A stretch of DNA of 64,000 nucleotides, taken from an uncultured Gammaproteobacteria bacterium. GTDB lineage: Bacteria; Pseudomonadota; Gammaproteobacteria; Ga0077536. A program made the translations under genes and the position numbers. Shown one piece after another: positions 39,397 through 48,807 of this stretch. The DNA is taken from NCBI GenBank assembly GCA_942490995.1, contig CALOBG010000021.1, positions 91,388-155,387 of the forward strand, in the 5' to 3' direction. The stretch's first letter is position 1. Each line of letters starts with the position of its first letter. The notes below the pieces were generated by a model that was not told where the DNA came from, did not search any database, and saw nothing but the letters and a program-made list of their open reading frames with translations.

Positions 39397-40980
39397 TCAG
39401 ACGCGGTTGGTGGTTGTGGACGAATACGCTTCGCGCAGCGCGCGGCGGTCGATTTTACCGCTGGAGGTGCGCGGAAACACCTTGCGCAGCTCGATGGAAC
39501 TCGGCACGGAATACCACGGCAGCGCGCGTTTCAGTTCGCTGGTCAGATCGCCGCTATCGACCCCGGCGTCGCCTTTGAGCGTTACGGCGGCGTGGATCTC
39601 ACCGCCGCCATCGGCGTCGCTTACGACAAAAACGCCAGCCTCTTCGACCACCGCGATGGCGCTCAAGGCGGCCTCGATTTCGTCAAGTTCCACTCGATAA
39701 CCACGCACCTTGACCTGGCGATCCTTGCGCCCGAGAAACCATAGCAGACCGCTGTGATCCTCACGCACCACATCACCGGTGCGATAAAACACTTCCTCGT
39801 GCCCGGCAATGCGCTCGCGACGATAAAACGCGCGTTCATTGAGTTCGGGTCGGCCCCAGTAGCCGCGCATCATGGTCGGTGAACGCACCAGCAGTTCGCC
39901 GTCGACCCCCGGCGGTACCTCGCGGTCCTGCTCATCGACGATCAGGGCCTCAGCGGTGTCGGCAATCGGGCCAATCGGGATGCTGTCCGCGTCCATGGCC
40001 AGATCACGAACCGTGTAATGGGTCACGCCATTGACTTCCGCCGGGCCGTAGATGTTGTCAAAGCTGACCCACGGCAGAACCTCACGTAATGCGCGCAGGT
40101 GTTTGAGCGGCATCGGTTCGCCACCGAATATCGCCCAGCGCAGCGCGCTCAGATCACGTTGTTCCAGCGCACCGCGCAGGAGCAACTGGATCAGCGCGAA
40201 CGGCACGGTATACAGCACCGTAATGCCCTGATCCTGGATCAGCTGTGAATAGCTCGCCGGCAAACGCGTGTAAGCCTCGGGAACAATCGCCGTCGCGCAG
40301 CCTGCCAGTGCGGCCGAAAAAAAATCCATGATCGAGAGATCGAAATGCAGCGGCGCGTGGTTGCTGAGCACGTCCTCGGCGTGGAACCGATACTCGTGCG
40401 CAGCCCAGCGTGCGAAACTCAGGCCGCTGGCATGGGTGTGCATCATACCCTTGGGCGCACCGGTCGAACCGGAGGTATACATGATGTAAGCGAGGTCCTG
40501 CTCGATAATTTTGCGCCGTGGCGGCGCGGCAGTCAGCGCGCCGCGAACTTCGCTCGGCGTGTAGTTACGCAAACCCTCGCCCGTCGCAGCGGCCAATCCG
40601 ACGGTCGCCTCGAGTGCGCATCCTTGAGCGATCTGGGCCAGCCTGCTTGCTTTGTGTTCCCCTGTAACGACGCAACGCATGCCACAGCTGCGCGCGATTT
40701 CGGCGCTGCGGGCCGGCGGCGCGGCCGGGTCGAGTGGCACGTATGCTGCGCCCGCCTTCATGATCCCGTACAGGGCGACCGCCGTGTCGATGCATTTGTC
40801 CATGTAAATGCCGACCGGTTCGCCGCGCGTCACACCGGCATCGACGAGGATATGGGCGAGCGCATTGGATCGCGCGGCCAGGTCACCGTAGCTCAGGGAT
40901 TGCTCGAGAAACTTGATCGCCGGTCGTTCGGGGGTGCGTTCCGCGACGTAATCTGGGGCATGGTAAATAAGCGTTATCAT
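39397..40980 (-). CDS. Stand-alone NRPS-type adenylation enzyme (amino-acid-AMP ligase) that loads the adjacent carrier protein.
   Basis: A1 LSYGDL, A2 LKAGAAYVPLD, A3 YIMYTSGSTGAPKG, A4 FDLS (Asp235 present), A5 NIYGPAE, A7 YRTGDV, A8 GRKDRQVKVRGYRVELDEIE, A10 SSGKIDR. Confidence 0.85.
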   Translation of the reverse strand: MITLIYHAPDYVAERTPERPAIKFLEQSLSYGDLAARSNALAHILVDAGVTRGEPVGIYMDKCIDTAVALYGIMKAGAAYVPLDPAAPPARSAEIARSCGMRCVVTGEHKASRLAQIAQGCALEATVGLAAATGEGLRNYTPSEVRGALTAAPPRRKIIEQDLAYIMYTSGSTGAPKGMMHTHASGLSFARWAAHEYRFHAEDVLSNHAPLHFDLSIMDFFSAALAGCATAIVPEAYTRLPASYSQLIQDQGITVLYTVPFALIQLLLRGALEQRDLSALRWAIFGGEPMPLKHLRALREVLPWVSFDNIYGPAEVNGVTHYTVRDLAMDADSIPIGPIADTAEALIVDEQDREVPPGVDGELLVRSPTMMRGYWGRPELNERAFYRRERIAGHEEVFYRTGDVVREDHSGLLWFLGRKDRQVKVRGYRVELDEIEAALSAIAVVEEAGVFVVSDADGGGEIHAAVTLKGDAGVDSGDLTSELKRALPWYSVPSSIELRKVFPRTSSGKIDRRALREAYSSTTTNRV

Positions 40981-41006
40981 GATCGTCGTCTGTCCGCCGC
41001 CGGTTT

Positions 41007-42155
41007 CTACAACCCGAGCATGCGGGCGACGATATTGCGCTGGATATCGGAGGTTCCGGCGTAGATCAAGCCGCCAACCGCGTCGCGCAAATCGCGTTCG
41101 ATGCCGGCCTCGCTGACATAACCCTCGCCGCCGTGGACGCGGATTGCATCGAGACTCGACTGGGTAAAACTTTCGCTGATATGCAGCTTGAGCAGGGCCG
41201 CCTCCGCGATCGCGCTGCGCCCGGACATTTTGAGCCAGGCGACTTTGTACAACAGCAGCCTAGCGGTTTCGAGGCGCAACTTCATATCAACGATACGGTT
41301 GGATACGGACTGAAATTTACCGATGGCCTGACCAAACTGGTGGCGCTTGCGTGCGTACGCGATAGTTTCGTCGAGCTGTCTGGCCATCGCGCCCAGTTGG
41401 CTGGCAAGGATGCTGCATCGCTCCCATTCCAGGAACCCGTTCGAAAGGCTGACACCGGCCCCCTCCGCCCCGAGCCGTTGCGCGACCGGCACCAGGCAGT
41501 CTTCGAATATCAATTCGCCGAACGGCACACTACGCAGGCCCATCTTCTCGCGATTGACGCCGACCCGGCAGCCGGCGGACGCAGTTTCGACCAGGAACGC
41601 ACTGATCCCCCATTTGCCAACCGACGGATCGGTACTCGCGAAAACCAACGCGACGTCTGCCACCGGGCCAAGTGAGACATAGCGCTTTTTGCCGTTCAGG
41701 ACATAGCCGCCGTCACATGCTGTCGCGCGGGTCGCCAGGCTGAACACGTCGGAGCCGGTGTCATCTTCGGTAATGGCATGGCAACCGATCATGTCACCGG
41801 CGGCGAGTGGCGGAAGAAAGCGCGCTTTCAACGCTTCGCTGCCGGCCTGCACGATGGGCAGTTGTACCGTCCACATCTGCGCATTAAGGGCAAACGCCAG
41901 ACCGTTGTCACGGCAGCCATAGCCGAAACCTTCCATGGCCAGGATTGCGGTTAGAAAATCGGTGTCCGGAAATCCACTATAGGCTGTCGGTAACGACATG
42001 GCCTGGATGCCGAACTCGGCGCAGGCGCGCCATTTTTCCTGCGGAAAGCGACTCAGGTGATCGTCGACGTCGACTTCGTGCGTGAGCCTGGTCGCGGCGA
42101 ATTGTTGCACCGCCGCCTGGCGCGCGAGTTGGGCTTCGGTCCAGTTGAAATCCAT
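41007..42155 (-). CDS. Acyl-CoA dehydrogenase-family FAD enzyme (PltE/RedW-like acyl- or aminoacyl-S-carrier-protein dehydrogenase).
   Basis: 382 aa with the ACAD three-domain fold (…GKKRYVSLGPVADVALVFA…; C-terminal …IYAGTSDIQRNIVARMLGL). Directly upstream of the stand-alone A and PCP genes. Confidence 0.8.
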   Translation of the reverse strand: MDFNWTEAQLARQAAVQQFAATRLTHEVDVDDHLSRFPQEKWRACAEFGIQAMSLPTAYSGFPDTDFLTAILAMEGFGYGCRDNGLAFALNAQMWTVQLPIVQAGSEALKARFLPPLAAGDMIGCHAITEDDTGSDVFSLATRATACDGGYVLNGKKRYVSLGPVADVALVFASTDPSVGKWGISAFLVETASAGCRVGVNREKMGLRSVPFGELIFEDCLVPVAQRLGAEGAGVSLSNGFLEWERCSILASQLGAMARQLDETIAYARKRHQFGQAIGKFQSVSNRIVDMKLRLETARLLLYKVAWLKMSGRSAIAEAALLKLHISESFTQSSLDAIRVHGGEGYVSEAGIERDLRDAVGGLIYAGTSDIQRNIVARMLGL

Positions 42156-42164
42156 GGCGGCGCG

Positions 42165-43472
42165 CTAGCCGAACAGCACAAGCAGGCGTTGCAGCAGCGC
42201 GCCAGCCGGCAGGTTGATTTCGAATGCGCGTTCTACGAACCAATAGACGGCAATGACGATCAGGACAACAGCGCCGCCCGGCACCACGACCTTCAGGTAC
42301 AGATCGCTGGCCCGGATCAAGTAAATCACAGGAAAGACGGCCGCAACGATGGCCAGCTGGCCGAGCTCGACGCCGAGATTGAATCCCAGCAGGGAGTGTA
42401 CGAGGTAGCCGGCCGGAATGCCGATCTCGGACAACACGCTGGCGAAACCGAAGCCGTGGAACAACCCGAACACGAATACTACCCAGCCGATGCGGCCATG
42501 GAAGATGGGCACCAGCAGGTCGAACGCCGCGATGGCGATCGACGCCGCGATCACCGATTCGACGAATCGCGATGATAGTTCGACCGTGCCCAGGGTGGCG
42601 TAGCTGAGCGTGATGGTATGCGCGACGGTAAACAGGGTCACGATTTTGATCAGGTAGATCAGCGCCGGCCGCGCCGATGGCAGCGCTCGCCAATGACTCG
42701 AGGATCGCTGCAGTACGCCGGGCAACAGCAGCGCGACGAGGAAAAGAATGTGATCGATCCCGATCCAGATGTGGTGCGTGCCAAGCGAAACCATGGCCAC
42801 GAAACCGCGCCACGTCGACCCCTGGGATAAATCCAGCGTCTGCGTGGTCGCGTTCGGTGCGAAAACCAGCGCGATATTGGTTTCATTGTCAAACGTACCG
42901 GTCTGCCAATTGCGCTCAATCACCAGCAGACCGCGATGCTGCGGTTGTTCGTCAAACAGCACTTCGTAGCGCACATCGATCGCAGCAGGCGGCCGTGGCT
43001 GGTTGGGAAGTGCGAATTCGAGCACGACGTACTGCGCTTCGGTGGTCGGGAGGAACCGAATCGGCCCGAATTCAAGTGTTGCCGTGCGTCCTTCAAGCGC
43101 AAACGCAACGCGCTCACGATAGTAGGCATGAATGGCGGCAGTATGCGCTGCAAGATTATCGCCCGTGGCGCTGCCGTCAGTGGGCAGTCCAAGATCCAGC
43201 GCGAGGTTCAGATCGGCCGTGGTGATTTCCAGGCGGCCGCCGACGCGTTCGCCATCGAGCTGCAGGAACAGGTAACTCTGGCCGAGCTTATGGGCGTGGG
43301 CGACACCGATGCTGCCGAACAGCACAGCGGTCACGATCAATAACCACGGCGCGCGCAGCGGGTTGGGCCTCGGCGGTCGGGAAACTGGACGCGGGTTCAA
43401 GATAATTTCAGCGTACCTTGTGAGTTGCGGGTAAGACCGCCCGCCGCCGGCAGGTTCCGGTGTAGACGACAT
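42165..43472 (-). CDS. HupE/UreJ_2-family membrane protein (putative Ni/Co-type metal permease) with an N-terminal periplasmic domain; the start is uncertain.
   Basis: Motif LGTHHIWIGIDHILFLVALLLPG and the downstream His/Gly-rich TM helix FGLFHGFGFASVL. First gene of the co-oriented NRPS operon. Start set at ATG 43472. Confidence 0.55.
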   Translation of the reverse strand: MSSTPEPAGGGRSYPQLTRYAEIILNPRPVSRPPRPNPLRAPWLLIVTAVLFGSIGVAHAHKLGQSYLFLQLDGERVGGRLEITTADLNLALDLGLPTDGSATGDNLAAHTAAIHAYYRERVAFALEGRTATLEFGPIRFLPTTEAQYVVLEFALPNQPRPPAAIDVRYEVLFDEQPQHRGLLVIERNWQTGTFDNETNIALVFAPNATTQTLDLSQGSTWRGFVAMVSLGTHHIWIGIDHILFLVALLLPGVLQRSSSHWRALPSARPALIYLIKIVTLFTVAHTITLSYATLGTVELSSRFVESVIAASIAIAAFDLLVPIFHGRIGWVVFVFGLFHGFGFASVLSEIGIPAGYLVHSLLGFNLGVELGQLAIVAAVFPVIYLIRASDLYLKVVVPGGAVVLIVIAVYWFVERAFEINLPAGALLQRLLVLFG

Positions 43473-43681
43473 ACTAGTGTAGCAGCGGCTTTCCGTGCGC
43501 GACCGGTGCTGCCACGGTAAATTTGTGTGAACTTTCCCATAATTACCCGTCAGACATTGCGATCGCGGCGCAACGATGACATCGTGACGCGTGCGCTGGC
43601 AGCCGGGATCGACGACAACGGCGAACCACATACGGGCGCGCGGACACTCAACACAATGTATCCACGAAATCCGGCATCGTC

Positions 43682-44779
43682 ATGCAGTCTCTGATCCTGA
43701 GCGCGAAGGACCTCGCGACGCTCGTGCGTCGGGTCGGACTCGATACCTTGTTCGACGACGTTGTAAGTGCCCTGCACGACGCGTGTAGTTCATTTACGCC
43801 GGAACGATACACGGTAGCGGTGCGCGAAGGGTTTTATTACCGCGAACCGGAAGTCGGGTTACTCGAATGGATGCCGACCCTGGAAGCCGGGCGCAGCGCG
43901 ACGCTCAAGGTCGTCAGTTACCACCCGCACAACGCGCAAAGCCATGGCCTGCCGACTATCCTTTCGACCTTGCTTGCGTTTGACCCACGCAGTGGACACC
44001 TGTGTGGACTGGTTGACGGCACCTTCGCCACGGCGTTGCGTACGGCGGCAGCGTCGGTGGTGGCAAGCCGGATCCTCGCCCCGCCGGACGCGCGCAGCAT
44101 CGGGTTCATTGGCTGCGGTGCACAGGCGCTTGCCCATCTGCATGGCCTGCGGCGCAGCTTCGACCTCGACACCGTGTACCTGTTCGATACCGAGCCGACC
44201 ACCAGCGCCAGTTTCGCCGCCCGTGCTCGCGGTCTGGGTCTCGATGGACTCAGCTTTGTGCCGGTCAGTGCGGCACAGGTACTGGCGGCGGCGGACATTC
44301 TTGTCACCGCTACCTCTGTCGCAATCGATGCCGAGCCCGTGGTCAGCGATGGCGTGCATCGCGGATCCCTGCATATCAATGCCGTGGGGTCTGATTTTCC
44401 GGGTAAGTGCGAGCTGCCATTGAGCCTGCTGAAGCGCGCGTTGGTGTGTCCGGACGTAGTTGAGCAGGCGCAAAAAGAAGGCGAATGCCAGCGACTGACG
44501 AACGCCGAAATCGGCCCCGACCTGGTGCAGTTGGTGCAGTCGGCCGACCGTTACCGCGATGCCCGCAGCCGCTTGACGGTATTCGACTCCACCGGTTGGG
44601 GCCTGGAAGACCACGTTACGCTCAAGATACTGCTCGCGTATGCCGGCGAACTCGGCATCGGCACACCGACCACGATCGAAACAAGCGCTGCCGATCCGCG
44701 CAACCCGTATTGCTTTGTCCACGACGCCAACGCAGCGATCATCCCGGACGCCCGCCTGCGGGCCATCGACGCCGGCTAG
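43682..44779 (+). CDS. Ornithine cyclodeaminase / mu-crystallin-family protein.
   Basis: 365 aa with an OCD-like Rossmann region (…IGFIGCGAQALAHL…) and family-typical N-terminus. Divergent from the NRPS operon. Confidence 0.75.
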   Translation: MQSLILSAKDLATLVRRVGLDTLFDDVVSALHDACSSFTPERYTVAVREGFYYREPEVGLLEWMPTLEAGRSATLKVVSYHPHNAQSHGLPTILSTLLAFDPRSGHLCGLVDGTFATALRTAAASVVASRILAPPDARSIGFIGCGAQALAHLHGLRRSFDLDTVYLFDTEPTTSASFAARARGLGLDGLSFVPVSAAQVLAAADILVTATSVAIDAEPVVSDGVHRGSLHINAVGSDFPGKCELPLSLLKRALVCPDVVEQAQKEGECQRLTNAEIGPDLVQLVQSADRYRDARSRLTVFDSTGWGLEDHVTLKILLAYAGELGIGTPTTIETSAADPRNPYCFVHDANAAIIPDARLRAIDAG

Positions 44780-44815
44780 CCGGACACGCTGGCGCGGGAC
44801 ACGGCGGCGGCCATA

Positions 44816-45577
44816 TTGACCGGCAAAAACAGCGATCACGCCTGGCTTATCGGCTTGCACGCGGACGCCGAGGGCCTGGCGCGCGCCCGCGCCGTACTCA
44901 GTGACGCCGAACTGGAGCGCGCCGCGCGGTTCGCCTTCGCGACCGTCGCCGAACGCTGGATCCTCGCCCACGCCGCCTGTCGAAGGATCCTGGCGCGCTA
45001 CCTCGACAAGGATCCGCGCGCGCTGATATTTGCAGAAAATGACAACGGCAAACCCTGTCTGGCCGGCACGCCCGGCAGGTCACGCCTGTATTTCAACTTT
45101 TCGCGCTCTCACCAATACGCCCTGCTGGCGATCAGCTACCACAGCGAAATCGGCGCGGATATCGAACATTGCGCGGCAATCGACGATCTCGAAAGCGTCG
45201 CCCGGCGCTTTTTCTGTCCCGCCGAGCGTCGCACTATCCTTGCGCTCAGCGGCGCACAACGAGTGCAGGCGTTCTACCGGTGCTGGACGCGCAAGGAAGC
45301 TATTCTCAAGGCCAGCGGCAAAGGTTTGCGGGTCGCGCTCAACAGTTTCGAGGTGTCGCTGCAGGACCGGCCGCGTCCGCGCCTGATCAGCGTCGCCGAC
45401 GACGAAGCTGAGGCCGTACGCTGGAGTCTGCACCACTACGCAAGCGACGCGTACATCGCCGCGGTCGCCTACCGCGACGCGCCGCGCAACCTGCGCTGGT
45501 TCATCGAACCCTCGAAAGAGCCGTCACCGGCGTTCGCATCGATCAGTCGATCCGCGGAGAAATGCCCAGGCATTTGA
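44816..45577 (+). CDS. Sfp-type 4'-phosphopantetheinyl transferase.
   Basis: Motifs …FNFSRSHQYALLAI… and WTRKEAILKASGKGL (the W/FxxKEAxxK signature). Confidence 0.8.
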   Translation: MTGKNSDHAWLIGLHADAEGLARARAVLSDAELERAARFAFATVAERWILAHAACRRILARYLDKDPRALIFAENDNGKPCLAGTPGRSRLYFNFSRSHQYALLAISYHSEIGADIEHCAAIDDLESVARRFFCPAERRTILALSGAQRVQAFYRCWTRKEAILKASGKGLRVALNSFEVSLQDRPRPRLISVADDEAEAVRWSLHHYASDAYIAAVAYRDAPRNLRWFIEPSKEPSPAFASISRSAEKCPGI

Positions 45578-45914
45578 GCAGCACGCGCCGCCCGAATTTC
45601 AGCGCCGGGTAGACCGCCGCACCGAAGCGTCGCGACACGAACGGCAGCATCAGCACCGATTTCGGCAAGCCGCGCTCGGCCGCGGCGATATAGGCCATCG
45701 CCTCGGCGCCGAAATGGACCCGGCCATTGTGCTCGTCGATGATGAACCCGTCGTTGATTTCGAAACCGCGGCGGCGGTAGTCGGCAACCAGCCCTGGCGC
45801 CGATCGCGCGTCGACGAGTTCGACGCGATCGAAACGCCGGTGGAGGTGCTGCATCGCTGCAACACGGCTGCACACCGGGCAATCGCCGTCATAGAGGATG
45901 GTTACTTCGCTCAT
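45543..45914 (-). CDS. DCC-family thiol-disulfide oxidoreductase (DUF393).
   Basis: N-terminal YDGDCPVC motif. 123 aa. 35-nt convergent overlap with the PPTase 3' end. Confidence 0.65.
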   Translation of the reverse strand: MSEVTILYDGDCPVCSRVAAMQHLHRRFDRVELVDARSAPGLVADYRRRGFEINDGFIIDEHNGRVHFGAEAMAYIAAAERGLPKSVLMLPFVSRRFGAAVYPALKFGRRVLLKCLGISPRID

Positions 45915-46160
45915 CGCCTCGTTGCGTGCCGGGTTCCTGTGTTTATGATAGCCCGCGAGCGGAATAATTCCCGCATTCGTACACGGACGTGCTGACGCGG
46001 CGCGGCGCCGGTGCGGTTATGATCGAGGGTAACGAGAGCGACGGACCAAACACCGCTCTCGACAGGTACCCGAGTCTGGCGCCGAAGTGCCATGCATGGG
46101 CAGGATGTAGATGGCGACATCGCGAAATGAAAAAGAACTACTGGCGCACCCGCAGCGGAC

Positions 46161-47036
46161 ATGCATGAGCTGACCTTAAACCCGCTCGAGCAGCTCCTGC
46201 AGGGAGCCTGGCGCGCGAGCGATTGCGCAACCGAAGGTGATTACTACACCCTGTGGCGGTCGCACGGTCTGGATGAGCTCGAGCCGGTCGCGATGGCGGT
46301 CGCCGGTGCGGCGCTGGCTGATCGGTTGGCATGGGTTTTCTGCGCCGGCTATCAGGCCTGCCTGCGCAACGCCTTTGACAGGCTGCCGGCCGGCGGGTGG
46401 GCGGCGTTCGCCGCCACCGAAGACGTCCACAACCCGCAGGCCCACCCCGGCACGACACTCAGCGAACACGCCGGTCAGCTGTGTCTCGACGGCCACAAGT
46501 CGTGGGTGGCGCATTCGCGTCTCGTCGACCATCTGATCATCACGGTCAATGACCCGGGCGGCGACAAGCGTCGCGCGCGCGGCGTGGTCGTCGACCCACG
46601 CGCGGATGGCGTGCATCTGCGGCACCGCGAAAGGCCCGCGTTTCTTGCCGCTATCAGCCAGGGTTACGCACGCTTCGAATATACCCCGATTGCCCGCGAC
46701 GCGGTGTTCGAATTCGAACCCATACGCCAGTTCGGGCGCACCGAGGCAAAGTTTGTCATGCTCGCCAGCGCCGTATTCATCTACACGCGCAGCGCCGATG
46801 ACCTCGCCAGTCGTGCGCTGGCCTGCGCGGCCGCACTGACGGCGCTGCTGGCCGAGCGCGACACATCGCGACGCGTGTACGCCCGCATCGAGCAGGATTT
46901 TCAGCGTTGCGCCGAATTGTTCGAGCGCGAAAGCGACCTCACGTCAATTCCCGATTACGCCGATGACCGCCGCCTGCTACAGATGTACAGCGCAAGGATC
47001 CAGCGCCGCGCGCGCTACGCCGACGAAGAAAACTAA
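46161..47036 (+). CDS. Hypothetical protein with a possible truncated acyl-CoA-dehydrogenase-like fold.
   Basis: 291 aa. Weak resemblance to the ACAD middle and C-terminal domains (…LDGHKSWVAHS…); no FAD-binding N-terminal domain. Confidence 0.3.
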   Translation: MHELTLNPLEQLLQGAWRASDCATEGDYYTLWRSHGLDELEPVAMAVAGAALADRLAWVFCAGYQACLRNAFDRLPAGGWAAFAATEDVHNPQAHPGTTLSEHAGQLCLDGHKSWVAHSRLVDHLIITVNDPGGDKRRARGVVVDPRADGVHLRHRERPAFLAAISQGYARFEYTPIARDAVFEFEPIRQFGRTEAKFVMLASAVFIYTRSADDLASRALACAAALTALLAERDTSRRVYARIEQDFQRCAELFERESDLTSIPDYADDRRLLQMYSARIQRRARYADEEN

Positions 47037-47133
47037 ACAGGCGTGCGAAAACTTCGGACACGATTCGTGGCGTGCGTGTCTTGTTATTCCGCACACCTAA
47101 TTTAGTCGCGCGGGAGAACTCGGCGGCCGCGGC

Positions 47134-48663
47134 TCAGGCCGCGGCTTCCAGCGGTGATGCGCGTTTCACCTTGTGCATGAGGCGGTATTCGGAAAAATCG
47201 GGCTGCTGCATGTCATCAAGGTAGCGCCGCGGTTTGAACGGGTAGAGGTTGGGCATGCCGGTTTTGTCCATGTACCAGCTCGTGCAGCCACCGGTGATCC
47301 ACACCGTGTTGGGCATCTGCTTGCGCATCGCGTCGTTGTAAGCCGTAAACGCGGATTCCTCGACCGCGATGGCCTCCAGCCCGTCACGCTTCATCTTGTC
47401 GAGCATCGAGATCACGTAATCAATTTGATTTTCGCTGATCGTGATCAGGGACAGGTTACCGACCGGCCCGGTCGGTCCCTCGAGCATCCAGAAATTCGGG
47501 AAGTTGGGCATTGCCAGCGCACGGTGAGCGCGCGGCACGCCGTCCCAGAAATCGGCCAGGTCGCGCCCGCCCTCACCGGTCACCTTCGTCGGCAGGATAA
47601 ACGAACCGGGGTCGAAACCGGTCGCCAGTACCAGCACGTCGAGTTCGTGTAATTTGCCATCGCTGGTGCGCACACCCTCGTCGGTAATGCACTCGATACT
47701 TTCGGTGATCAGGTGGGCGTTGTCGCGGCTGATCGCAGGGTAGAATTCGGAACAGAAAATCAGCCGCTTGCAGGCCGCCTGGTAGGCGGGCGTGAGTTTC
47801 TTGCGCAACACCGGATCAGCGACATTCTTTTCGAGATTCTTCAGGCAGATCCAGCTCAGCAGGCGCTGCATGGGTTTGTTGCCGACGGTAGCTGCCGCGA
47901 AGGTGCGCAGCATCAGCTGATAGTAGTAGTGATAGCCGAGTTTCTGCAGAAACGGCATCGCCTTCAGCGCGCGCTGCCAAAGTTTGGAATACTTTTTCTG
48001 CGGCAACGGCGCCATCCATTGCGGCGTACGTTGAAAAACGTGCATTTCGCCGACTTTGTCGGTGATCGCGCCGACAATCTGCGCCGCGGTCGAGCCGGTG
48101 CCGATGATACCGACCCGTTTGCCGCGCAGTTCAACCGTGTGATCCCATTGTGCGGAATGAAATTTTTCTCCGGCGAACGTTTCGAGGCCGGGAATGTCAG
48201 GAAAGGCCGGGTGATGCAGAACGCCGGTAGCGGAGATCACGATATCAAAATAACGTTGCTGGCCGTCGGCGGTAGTCAGCCGCCAGCGCGGCGCTTCGTA
48301 CACCAGGTCGGAAACCGGCGTGTTGAATTGCACCACGCTGTTGACGTCGAACTTGTCCGCTACCTCCTCCATATAGGCCTGGATCTCGGGGCCATAGGAA
48401 AAGCGATGGCTCCAGTCAGGTTTCATGGCGAAACTGAACGAATACCAGCGCGACGGCACGTCACAGGACAACCCGGGGTAGGTGTTTTCGCGCCACGTGC
48501 CGCCGACTCGATCGGCTTTCTCATAAACCGTCAAATCGGTATAGCCGGCTTTGCGCAATTTCACCACCGCGGCGATACCGGACATGCCTGCACCGATGAT
48601 CGCGATCGCGGGTTGCGCGCCGCGCTGTGACCAGCCTGGTTGGATCTGGGCCTGCATCGTCAT
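47134..48663 (-). CDS. Baeyer-Villiger-type flavin monooxygenase (EthA-like).
   Basis: IAIIGAGMSGIAA, GGTWRENTYPG, BVMO fingerprint FAGEKFHSAQWDHT, and a second Rossmann fold GKRVGIIGTGSTAAQ. Confidence 0.85.
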   Translation of the reverse strand: MTMQAQIQPGWSQRGAQPAIAIIGAGMSGIAAVVKLRKAGYTDLTVYEKADRVGGTWRENTYPGLSCDVPSRWYSFSFAMKPDWSHRFSYGPEIQAYMEEVADKFDVNSVVQFNTPVSDLVYEAPRWRLTTADGQQRYFDIVISATGVLHHPAFPDIPGLETFAGEKFHSAQWDHTVELRGKRVGIIGTGSTAAQIVGAITDKVGEMHVFQRTPQWMAPLPQKKYSKLWQRALKAMPFLQKLGYHYYYQLMLRTFAAATVGNKPMQRLLSWICLKNLEKNVADPVLRKKLTPAYQAACKRLIFCSEFYPAISRDNAHLITESIECITDEGVRTSDGKLHELDVLVLATGFDPGSFILPTKVTGEGGRDLADFWDGVPRAHRALAMPNFPNFWMLEGPTGPVGNLSLITISENQIDYVISMLDKMKRDGLEAIAVEESAFTAYNDAMRKQMPNTVWITGGCTSWYMDKTGMPNLYPFKPRRYLDDMQQPDFSEYRLMHKVKRASPLEAAA

Positions 48664-48685
48664 AATCGAAACTCCCCGAGAATAT

Positions 48686-48734
48686 TATTGACGTAGTGTC
48701 AATAAGCTAAATCCTTATTGACGTACTGTCAATA
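48686..48734. promoter_or_regulatory. Tandem pair of 19-bp palindromic operator-like sites between the BVMO gene and a divergent TetR gene.
   Basis: TATTGACGTAGTGTCAATA (48686-48704) and TATTGACGTACTGTCAATA (48716-48734). Both are perfect inverted repeats of TATTGAC/GTCAATA, 30 bp start-to-start, in an AT-rich patch. Confidence 0.5.
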
Positions 48735-48807
48735 GAGGCCACCGGCAGCTATACTGACAGGTCCCGGCGTCGGTGCCGCATGGCGCCACCAGAGAGACAC
48801 TATCCTT

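Noticed and set aside
31703-39578. Very long plus-strand ORFs (31703-33082, 34575-37085, 37638-39578) antisense to the NRPS genes.
   Set aside because: Antisense to genes with unambiguous C/A/PCP motifs. The translations are Arg/Gly/Ala-rich with no domains.
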